From a bacterium (GTDB taxonomy: Bacteria > Arandabacterota > Arandabacteria > Arandabacterales > JALGWA01): a stretch of 14,875 bases of DNA. This document shows, in pieces, positions 8,208 to 14,875 of this stretch (position 1 is the stretch's first letter; the number at the start of each line of letters is the position of its first letter). The notes below the pieces were generated by a model. The model was not told the DNA's origin, searched no databases, and worked only from the letters and a program-made list of their open reading frames with translations. Position numbers and translations under genes: made by a program. The stretch spans positions 1-14,875 of the forward strand of contig JASFEA010000078.1 of the NCBI GenBank assembly GCA_050125095.1, in the 5' to 3' direction.

Positions 8208-8330
8208 CTACTTCGGAAAGAGAAATTGAATCTGCACGCGCAGCGACCAGTCGGCCCCGCAGTTAGGCGCGACAAGGTTGTAGTAGTACTGCGCTGCAAC
8301 GTTGACCGGTAGCTTCCCGAGTTTTTGGAA
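8208..8330 (-). pseudogene. 3' remnant of an outer-membrane beta-barrel gene ('neuromedin U'-annotated / phenol-MetA-like channel family)
   Basis: Not in the ORF track. The minus strand reads FQKLGKLPVNVAAQYYYNLVAPNCGADWSLRVQIQFLFPK** (double TAG). This matches the family C-terminus as I recall it (K.GK.PVN....YYN...P....W.LR.Q.QFLFPK). The frame is closed upstream by TAA at 8408-8406 and there is no signal peptide. Confidence 0.7.
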
Positions 8331-8530
8331 CCGCATCATGGAGTAGCTCGGGCAGATGCATCTCATGTGGAAGGCCCAGGCACGCATTGCTTCACGATGA
8401 GGCGCTTACCTATCGCGTCTCATTCGACAACCTCATTCGTCACAATCCCGCCAAAGTGCCTTGTCGAGCCGCTGGCCGCCCAAAACCGGCTTATGCCTAT
8501 ACAGGGCTCACGAAGAGACCTATGAAGGAA

Positions 8531-9511
8531 CTACTGCCGCTCGAGAAGGCCATCGATTTCGCGCATCTGCTCCTGCGCGAGCGGGCCGAACTCCATTGCC
8601 CCGGCATTCTCCTCAACCTGGCTCACGGTGCGAAAGCCGGGAATGGGTACGTTCTTCGGGCTCCGTGCCCACAGCCACGCCAATGCTCCCTGGGCCACCG
8701 TCCTTCCGCCGCTGCAGAGGATCTGGCGAATGGCTTCGCGCCTCTCCAGCCACTCCGGATTGGGCCGCCCGTCTTTGAAGTATTTCATCCACTCGGGGCT
8801 CTTCTCACCTCGGACGTCGTCGGGAGATGCCTTGGTTTCACCTGTGTACTTATCCGTCAGGACTCCCATCGCAAGCGGACCGCGGTTGATGGCAGCCAGG
8901 TCGTAACTCTCACAGATGGAAATCACGGCAGGGTTGTCGTCCAGCACGTTCAGCTGCAACTGAATCGCCGTGCACCTCGGCCCCTGAGCGAAGACCTCCG
9001 CCCGGTCCGGAAAATCTGTGCTCCAGCCATAGGCGCGGATTTTGCCCTCGGCCACAAGCTCTTCGAGCGTGTCGCGCACCGGCAGGGCGTCGTCCGCAGG
9101 GAACGCGTTGTCATGGAATTGAAACAAGTCGACGTAGTCGGTATTCAGGCGGCGCAGGGAATCTTCCAGAGCGGCCCGAATGCCGGCCGGTGATGTGTCC
9201 ACGCCCGTAACCTTACGTGCGGTCTCATCAAACACCGCATTGAATTTGGTGGCGATCACAACCTCAGTCCGGCGGCCGGAAAGCGCCCTGCCGAGAACGC
9301 GTTCGCTGTGTCCCGTGCCATAAACATTGGCCGTGTCGAAGAAATCGACTCCCCGTTCGAGCGCAGCATGGATGGCGCGGACAGACTCCTCGTCATCTAC
9401 TTCACCCCAACCGAGTGGGTGATTCCCATCGCCCCAGGGTCCACCAATCGCCCAGCAACCCATACCTACGCTGCTCACCTCAATCCCAGAGCGTCCCAGG
9501 TTGCGCCTCAT
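8531..9511 (-). CDS. Aldo/keto reductase
   Basis: Start moved to ATG 9511 (AGGAGAGG RBS). RNLGRSGIEVS.VGMGCWAIGG, DTANVYG.GHSE, IATKF, SLRRLNTDYVDLFQFH, IPGFRT; catalytic D/Y/K/H tetrad present. Confidence 0.93.
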   Translation of the reverse strand: MRRNLGRSGIEVSSVGMGCWAIGGPWGDGNHPLGWGEVDDEESVRAIHAALERGVDFFDTANVYGTGHSERVLGRALSGRRTEVVIATKFNAVFDETARKVTGVDTSPAGIRAALEDSLRRLNTDYVDLFQFHDNAFPADDALPVRDTLEELVAEGKIRAYGWSTDFPDRAEVFAQGPRCTAIQLQLNVLDDNPAVISICESYDLAAINRGPLAMGVLTDKYTGETKASPDDVRGEKSPEWMKYFKDGRPNPEWLERREAIRQILCSGGRTVAQGALAWLWARSPKNVPIPGFRTVSQVEENAGAMEFGPLAQEQMREIDGLLERQ

Positions 9512-9640
9512 AAGTCCTCTCCTTGCTCCCTGATCAATAGGATGTTCACACTCTCCGTTGGACGGCTTCCGCATCTGCTGGCGGTATGACCACTTCTTTC
9601 GCGAAACGCCCTTCGACCTCCTTTGGATGCCCCGCTGACA

Positions 9641-9671
9641 GCGGCGGTTCATCAGTAAACATAACCGCCGC
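9641..9671. other. Perfect 9-bp inverted repeat downstream of the tRNA
   Basis: GCGGCGGTT (9641-9649) / AACCGCCGC (9663-9671) with a 13-nt loop; a minus-strand TTGACA lies at 9681-9676. Confidence 0.5.
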
Positions 9672-9719
9672 GGGATGTCAAGAATAGCCCGCCGGGGTGA
9701 ATCGTAGATGAAAAGCAAT

Positions 9720-9797
9720 TGGCGTCCCCAACGGGATTCGAACCCGTGTTGCCGCCGTGAAAGGGCGGTGTCCTAGACCGGGCTAGACGATGGGGAC
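9720..9797 (-). tRNA. tRNA-Glu (anticodon UUC), CCA encoded
   Basis: Minus strand GTCCCCA TC GTCT AGCCCGGTCTA GGAC A CCGCC CTTTCAC GGCGG CAAC ACGGG TTCGAAT CCCGT TGGGGAC G CCA; all four stems pair. Confidence 0.97.
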
Positions 9798-9808
9798 GCC
9801 CAGATGCG

Positions 9809-10591
9809 TTACTTATTTTTGAAGTCGGGCTTACGCTTCTCTAAGAAAGCCGTCGTGCCTTCCTTGCAGTCTTCTGTCGCGAATACAAGACCGAAGAGGT
9901 CGGCTTCGAGAACCAGTCCCTCTTCGAGCGTGACATTGAGACCGCTGTTAACAGCTTCCAGGCAGTATTTTAGTGCTATGGGTGCCTTAAGCGCAATAGT
10001 CTTCGCGAGCTTCTCGCATGTTTCCATGAGCTCGGCCTGCGGAACGACTTTGTTGACGAGCCCCCACCTGGCCGCCGTCTCGGCGTCGATGGGGTAGCCC
10101 GAGAGTATCATCTCCATGGCGCGGCCCTTCCCCACGAGCCTCGGGAGCCGCTGGGTGCCGCCGTAGCCGGGGATCAGGCCCAGGTTCACCTCGGGCTGCC
10201 CCATTTTGGCATTGTCGGAGGCAACGCGGAAGGTGCAGGCCATGGCGATCTCGCAGCCCCCGCCCAGGGCGAAGCCGTTCACGGCGCCTATCACGGGCTT
10301 GCCGAGATTCTCCATTAGGGTAAGGAGTCCCTGGCCCCGCTTGGCGTAGTCCCTCGCGCCGTCGCAATCCAGTGTCTTGAACTCGCCGATGTCGGCCCCC
10401 GCGACGAATGACTTCTCGCCGGCCCCGGTCAGGATTACCACGCGGATGCTATCGTCGGCCTTTAGGTCTTCGAAGGCGTCGATGAGCTCCTTGACCGTTG
10501 CTATGCTCAGGGCGTTCAGCACTTTGGGCCGGTTCACGGTCACGTAGCCGATGCCGTCCCTTTTCTCTAAGATTATGTTCTCATACGCCAT
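9809..10591 (-). CDS. crt: Short-chain enoyl-CoA hydratase (crotonase)
   Basis: NRPKVLNAL, FVAGADI, AVNGFALGGGCE, GQPEVNLG.IPG.GGTQRL.RLVG, AFLEKRKP.F; both catalytic Glu present; GGAGG RBS. Confidence 0.92.
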   Translation of the reverse strand: MAYENIILEKRDGIGYVTVNRPKVLNALSIATVKELIDAFEDLKADDSIRVVILTGAGEKSFVAGADIGEFKTLDCDGARDYAKRGQGLLTLMENLGKPVIGAVNGFALGGGCEIAMACTFRVASDNAKMGQPEVNLGLIPGYGGTQRLPRLVGKGRAMEMILSGYPIDAETAARWGLVNKVVPQAELMETCEKLAKTIALKAPIALKYCLEAVNSGLNVTLEEGLVLEADLFGLVFATEDCKEGTTAFLEKRKPDFKNK

Positions 10592-10611
10592 TTGTAACCT
10601 CCGTCTCGCAA

Positions 10612-11721
10612 CTAAAGGGGCAGGGTGTCCACGGTTTCAGGATATGTCTTGGCTTTCTCTTCTCCTCTTAAGACCCTCAGCGAACCCAGCACGAGGGCTT
10701 CCATCTCGTCCTCGCCGGGATAGATCATGACCGGGGCGATATGCCCGACTCGTTCCTTGATCCAGCCCACTATCATCTCACTCCCAGAGAGGCCCCCGGT
10801 CAGCACGATTGCGTCGACGTCGCCCATCAGCACCGTCGCCATCGCCCCGATTTCCTTGGCTATCTGGTAAGCCATAGTCTGGTAGACGAGGGCCGCGTGC
10901 TCGTCGCCCGATCTCACCCTCTCCTCCACTTCCCTGGCGGAGTTACTTCCCAGATGGGAAACAAGCCCGCCGTGGCCTATGAGCTCGCGCTTGGCCTCTT
11001 CCCTGCCGAGCTTGTTATCGAAGATGAAGTCGATGAGCCCCATGGTGGGAACGGTACCGGCGCGCTCGGGGGTGAACGGGCCGCCCGAGTTGGCGTCATT
11101 AGCGTCCACGACACGGCCCCTCCTCAAAGGGCATACGGATATGCCGCCCCCCATATGGGCCACTATGAGATTTATCTCCTCGAGGCTCTTCTTCATGTCA
11201 GCCGCCGCCAGGCGCGCGGTGGCCTTTATGTTGAGGGCATGCGCGAGGCTCCGCCTCGCCACGGTCTTAAGGCCGGACAGCCGCGCCATGGGTTCGAATT
11301 CGTCCACGCTGGGTGGGTCCACCATGAATGCGGGAATCCCGAGGTCCCAGCCTATGCCATAGGCAAGCACCGGTCCCAGGTTGGCCGCATGCTGGCCCTG
11401 CACACCCTCGCGGCCGTCGTTTATCATGAGCTGGTTGACTTCATACGTGCCGCTCACCACCGGCCTCAAGAGCCCTCCCCTACCGACCACAGCCGTGAGC
11501 GAATGCACGTCGATATCGTTCCGCCGGAGCGCATCCAGTATGGTCTTCTTCCTGAACTCGTACTGGTCCCAGATACTCTCGAAAGGTGAGAGGTCGAGCT
11601 CGGAGTGCCTGATGGTCTCCTCAAGCACCGCCGTCTCGTTGTCGAATACGGCGATCTTGGTGGAGGTGGAACCCGGATTGATGGCGAGTATCCTGTGCTT
11701 GTCGGTCTTGTTCTCAGGCAT
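10612..11721 (-). CDS. buk: Butyrate kinase (branched-chain carboxylic acid kinase)
   Basis: INPGSTSTK, GRGG, HA.NLG, VDP..VDE, HALN.KA, HMGGGIS, GPF.PER, LTGG, PGEDE. Start is ATG 11721 or GTG 11724, with GAGGT RBS. Confidence 0.95.
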   Translation of the reverse strand: MPENKTDKHRILAINPGSTSTKIAVFDNETAVLEETIRHSELDLSPFESIWDQYEFRKKTILDALRRNDIDVHSLTAVVGRGGLLRPVVSGTYEVNQLMINDGREGVQGQHAANLGPVLAYGIGWDLGIPAFMVDPPSVDEFEPMARLSGLKTVARRSLAHALNIKATARLAAADMKKSLEEINLIVAHMGGGISVCPLRRGRVVDANDANSGGPFTPERAGTVPTMGLIDFIFDNKLGREEAKRELIGHGGLVSHLGSNSAREVEERVRSGDEHAALVYQTMAYQIAKEIGAMATVLMGDVDAIVLTGGLSGSEMIVGWIKERVGHIAPVMIYPGEDEMEALVLGSLRVLRGEEKAKTYPETVDTLPL

Positions 11722-11739
11722 CACTGACCTCGGTCTTCT

Positions 11740-12828
11740 CTAGACCTCCGGCTGCGGGGCCTTTGCGAGAATGCTTCTCACGCCGCCCACCCGCTCTATC
11801 CGGTCCTCGGCCATCCTGCGCGCGGCCCGGAAGGGTGGCATACTCTCTCTCTCCGCATAGTCGAATACGCTTACGAGCACTTCGAATATCTCGCATGCTC
11901 TCGCGATGGTCTCCTGCTCGGTCGCCGCCTGCAGACCGTCGGAGGTCTGGAAGAGCTCGCCCGCGCTGATGACGAAGTCGGGCGCGTACAGTATTTCTTT
12001 CTTGTGAAGGTAGTCCCCCACGCTGCTCGATTCCAGGATGTCATAGGCAGCACCTGCTATGATCTTGCACTTGAGTTTCTCGGCCCTCTCCTGGGTGATA
12101 ACCCCGCCGAAGGCGCAGGGCGAGAAGATGTCGCAATCGCATTCGTAGATTTCATCGGGCCTCACGATCTCGGCCGAGGGCACCAGGTCCTGAACGCGCT
12201 TCATGGCGTCATAGACGATGTCGGTGATTATGAGGCGCGCGCCCTCTTCATCGAGATACCGCGCCAGGTTGTAGCCGACCTCACCCACGCCCTGTATGGC
12301 CACTGTGCGCCCCTTCACGGATGAGACGCCGTACTTGGCCTTGCAGCAGGCCCGCATCCCCCACAGGACCCCGTGGGCGGTGGCTTTGCCGCCCAGGCTT
12401 CCTTCGCGGGCGCGGCTGACGAAGGGCGCGATATACCCGGTCTCGCGCCTTATGTAGAGCATATCGCGGTCGTCCGTGCCGAGGTCGGCGTAGGTTATGA
12501 ACCGCCCGCCAAGGCCCTCGATGAACCGGCCGAATGCCCGGAAGTAGGCTTCGCTCTTGCCGCCGGCGGGATCTCTCCAAAGTATCCCCTTGCCGCCCCC
12601 CGTGTCGCAGTCCGAGACCGCGGCCTGGTAGGTCATGCTGCGGGAGAGCCTGAGCGCCTCGCTAATCGCGGCGTCTTCCGACCCGTAGTCCCACATCCTT
12701 GTGCCGCCCAGGGCCGGGCCCAGGGTGGTATCGTGCACCGCTATTATGGCGCGAAGCTCCGTCCTCTGGTCATAGCAGAAGACCAGCTCCTCATGTCCGT
12801 ACTCGTCCATGAGGTCGAATATGCCCAC
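11740..12828 (-). CDS. Glu/Leu/Phe/Val dehydrogenase family protein, leucine-dehydrogenase-like with an altered active site
   Basis: HDTTLGPALGGTRM, GGGK, QGVGEVG Rossmann motif, ITDI, CDIFSPCA.G, YAPDFV; GTG start with GGAGG RBS. Substrate-binding residues are substituted (see findings), so no gene symbol is assigned. Confidence 0.9.
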   Translation of the reverse strand: MGIFDLMDEYGHEELVFCYDQRTELRAIIAVHDTTLGPALGGTRMWDYGSEDAAISEALRLSRSMTYQAAVSDCDTGGGKGILWRDPAGGKSEAYFRAFGRFIEGLGGRFITYADLGTDDRDMLYIRRETGYIAPFVSRAREGSLGGKATAHGVLWGMRACCKAKYGVSSVKGRTVAIQGVGEVGYNLARYLDEEGARLIITDIVYDAMKRVQDLVPSAEIVRPDEIYECDCDIFSPCAFGGVITQERAEKLKCKIIAGAAYDILESSSVGDYLHKKEILYAPDFVISAGELFQTSDGLQAATEQETIARACEIFEVLVSVFDYAERESMPPFRAARRMAEDRIERVGGVRSILAKAPQPEV

Positions 12829-12883
12829 GTTTTACCTCCCGTAGGGTTAAGAGGCCGGCATCGGATACAACCCGGCCTAGCAC

Positions 12884-12912
12884 TAGATACCACATAGGCA
12901 GGCGCATGTCAA
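12884..12912 (-). promoter_or_regulatory. Putative sigma70 promoter for the dehydrogenase-buk-crt-tRNA operon
   Basis: TTGACA (12912-12907), 17 nt, TATCTA (12889-12884) with extended TG; a 7-bp hairpin AGGCCGG/CCGGCCT (12852-12878) follows. Confidence 0.55.
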
Positions 12913-12931
12913 ACGCTTAGGTTCCGGGCGG

Positions 12932-14449
12932 CTACCAGGTGCCCGAGCCGATCTCAATAACGTAGGTGAGCCGGTCTATGTCGAAAAAACCGTAGTTCTT
13001 GATACCCGCCCGTATGCCCCAGAAGTCGGTGAGGAAGGACATGAAGCTGAATGGCGAGTGGGCCAGGTTGGCCCTGAACCTTATGCCGGTTTCCATCACG
13101 AAGTCGTTTCTGGTCTTTGTGGTCCACCTGTCGTCCTCATAGACATCGTACTTGTCCCACTCCCAGCCGGCGGAGAGGTACCCGTCCATCCAGCGCGAGG
13201 CCGATGGCGTGTAGTGGAGCATGTACCCGATATCACGCAGACGCTTGTCCTTCAAGTAAACGCGCTGGCAGATGTAGCCGCCCGCGACGGGGTCCTCGAA
13301 CGTCTTGACGATGAAGAAGGGCAGAATCACGTCAACGCCGAGATCGCCGTCGGCCATGAGCGACACCGAGATCGACTTGACAAACGACTCGGCGTTTCCC
13401 CACTCCACTACATGCGCCAGGCTCGAGGCACTCTCCACATCCGGCCAGTCGGGGTCGCCCTTGTCGGCGATGAAGTGAACCAGGTCGCGCTCGGCCTTCT
13501 CCGCCGACGGGAACGGCCTGAGCTCGTATATGGCCGCATCGGGAGCGTACCACCCGCCCTCACTGTGGATCTCGCGCAGGGGGCTGTCGGGCGGCAGGGG
13601 CGGAAATACCCTGAACCCGGGTCTCCTCACCTTGGTCATCCAGGCCTGGTAATTGCCTGTGAAGAGACCCCCGCTCCTCAGGACGTCGCGCACGCCCCAG
13701 GCGTCATTCACGCGCCTGTTGACGTCATAACCGGGAGTGAAGTAGCCGTCGGCGTTCTTGTCGGTGCACGATGCGTGCTTGCCTTCCTCCACGAGGATGT
13801 GGAGCGGGAACTTGACATACTCGTCTATGGAGAGCGTATTATCGTACCAGAGCACCCCGTGGGCCTTCCCCACGGCGCGGGTGACGGCGACGTTGTAGGG
13901 GCACTCCAGGCATTTCTCCCGCTTCCAGATCAGGACCTTGAGCTCGACCGACTCGACATCATGCGCATGGCCCCCGAAACCGGCTTCGGAGCTGTAGTAG
14001 AAGAAGTAGTCAAGGTCTACGGCAACCACGTTACCCAGGTCTATAACCGACTCGCCCCTGTCGTCAGGATCGGGCATGTAGGCGGTCTCCCTGTCGCCTG
14101 CCACCATGAGGTTCCGGACGCGGTAGTAGACAACCGCCCTCCCGCGATCTTCCTCGAACGGGAAGGGCTCCGGGAGCATGATGTCCTTCCCCTCCGTGTC
14201 CCCGAGCAGGGGCTCGTCGGGAGAGAACCACAGGACGGGCCCGCAGTAAGCCGCCAGGTCTTCGACAGTCATGAGGGAGTCGTCTCCGGACCACACAACG
14301 GCCTGCACTGTCCTGGAATCACAGCAGGGGATATCCTCGGGGTCCATCTCGATAGAGGTGAGTTTCCTTCTTCCTTCCGCCGGCCACGCGAGGAGCGCGA
14401 GGGACGTCAAAAAAACCAGCAGCAGAACCATACAATTGGGGGATTTCAT
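12932..14449 (-). CDS. Secreted hypothetical protein (505 aa): NPP1/Vps62-like motifs plus probable C-terminal outer-membrane beta-barrel
   Basis: Start moved to ATG 14449 (AAGGAGG RBS); signal peptide MKSPNCMVLLLVFLTSLALLAWPAEG; long ORF with GC-rich third codon positions; C-terminal amphipathic strands ending in Trp. The CDS is well supported; the function is not. Confidence 0.8.
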   Translation of the reverse strand: MKSPNCMVLLLVFLTSLALLAWPAEGRRKLTSIEMDPEDIPCCDSRTVQAVVWSGDDSLMTVEDLAAYCGPVLWFSPDEPLLGDTEGKDIMLPEPFPFEEDRGRAVVYYRVRNLMVAGDRETAYMPDPDDRGESVIDLGNVVAVDLDYFFYYSSEAGFGGHAHDVESVELKVLIWKREKCLECPYNVAVTRAVGKAHGVLWYDNTLSIDEYVKFPLHILVEEGKHASCTDKNADGYFTPGYDVNRRVNDAWGVRDVLRSGGLFTGNYQAWMTKVRRPGFRVFPPLPPDSPLREIHSEGGWYAPDAAIYELRPFPSAEKAERDLVHFIADKGDPDWPDVESASSLAHVVEWGNAESFVKSISVSLMADGDLGVDVILPFFIVKTFEDPVAGGYICQRVYLKDKRLRDIGYMLHYTPSASRWMDGYLSAGWEWDKYDVYEDDRWTTKTRNDFVMETGIRFRANLAHSPFSFMSFLTDFWGIRAGIKNYGFFDIDRLTYVIEIGSGTW

Positions 14450-14483
14450 AGGGGCCTCCTTTGCCCGCGTCCCGGACTGGTCA

Positions 14484-14511
14484 AGATTAGCAGAAGCTGG
14501 TGGTGCGGCAA
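14484..14511 (-). promoter_or_regulatory. Putative sigma70 promoter for the 505-aa protein
   Basis: TTGCCG (14511-14506), 16 nt, TAATCT (14489-14484) with extended TG. Confidence 0.5.
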
Positions 14512-14543
14512 AGCTCAATCCGTGCGGTCCAGCCAAAAACGGT

Positions 14544-14573
14544 TTGACTTGGGGCGCGCCTGCGGGGTACCAT
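14544..14573 (+). promoter_or_regulatory. Putative divergent sigma70 promoter for the carboxyltransferase
   Basis: TTGACT (14544-14549), 18 nt, TACCAT (14568-14573). Confidence 0.55.
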
Positions 14574-14690
14574 CATCCAAGGTTTCCGGGTGCCCGAGCT
14601 TACCCGGTTGTGTCCTGACTCAATCAGAAAGAGGTGGCCCCCGCCGCCGAATTGCGTCTTTTCGCTTCAGCCGGAAGGCAGGTGATAGGG

Positions 14691-14875
14691 TTGCGCAAGT
14701 CCACCGAAGAGCGGCTCCAAGATCTCAAGAAGAAGAAGGAACGCGTCCCCCTGGGGGGAGGCCAGAAGAGGATAGAAAAACAGCACGAAGCGGGCAAACT
14801 GACCGCCCGCGAGCGCATCGACCTCATTGTGGACAAGGGCTCGTTCCAGGAGCTCGGCGTCTTTGTGACCCATCG
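14691..14875 (+). CDS. Acyl-CoA carboxylase/decarboxylase carboxyltransferase subunit (PccB/MmdA-like), N-terminal part, runs off the right edge
   Basis: Not in the ORF track. TTG 14691 (or in-frame GTG 14682) gives MRKSTEERLQDLKKKKERVPLGGGQKRIEKQHEAGKLTARERIDLIVDKGSFQELGVFVTH; GGG..RI.KQH..GKLTARERI..L.D.GSF.E is diagnostic. Confidence 0.9.
   Translation, partial: MRKSTEERLQDLKKKKERVPLGGGQKRIEKQHEAGKLTARERIDLIVDKGSFQELGVFVTH

Noticed and set aside
8419-8439. Direct repeat CTCATTCG x2 with 13-nt period
   Set aside because: Only two 8-nt copies; not a CRISPR array and within chance expectation.
9546-9662. 38-aa minus-strand ORF MFTDEPPLSAGH...VQRRV
   Set aside because: No RBS at its start and no recognisable homology; compatible with chance.
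9512-9718. N-terminal extensions in the ORF track (AKR to 9718, GNAT to 5598, Tag to 6199, EamA to 8130, hypothetical to 14536)
   Set aside because: Internal ATGs have clear RBSs and match the family N-termini; the extensions overlap promoters, spacers or neighbouring genes.
1-14875. CRISPR array, integron cassettes, IS element, prophage or defence system
   Set aside because: No repeat-spacer array, attC-like repeats, terminal inverted repeats, or transposase, integrase or nuclease motifs were seen.

Overview
GC-rich (roughly 60%, by eye) bacterial chromosomal segment. A C-terminal FlgD-Ig/T9SS-type sorting domain suggests a diderm FCB-superphylum lineage (inference). Nearly all genes are on the minus strand. 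In transcription order from right to left: a secreted 505-aa hypothetical protein (NPP1/Vps62-like motif plus a probable C-terminal beta-barrel); an operon of a divergent leucine-dehydrogenase-like gene, butyrate kinase, crotonase and tRNA-Glu(UUC); then an accessory-looking run of aldo/keto reductase, an unannotated remnant of an outer-membrane barrel gene, a small EamA/DMT protein, a DUF4097 lipoprotein, a RimJ-type GNAT, 3-methyladenine glycosylase I with a repeat-encoded basic tail, an AAC(6')-I-like GNAT, a DUF2330-like protein, an HD hydrolase, a secreted metallophosphoesterase coupled to a GH53 galactanase, and the start of a Zn-alcohol dehydrogenase. An acyl-CoA carboxyltransferase starts divergently at the right edge. 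The most notable observation is the LeuDH-like protein: it keeps catalytic K80/D115 and the NAD-binding motif but has replaced both carboxylate-binding residues (K68Q, N261Y) and several pocket residues. These are the positions changed in engineered amine dehydrogenases. No integrase, transposase or CRISPR array was seen. All family assignments are from motif recognition by eye; no database searches were run.
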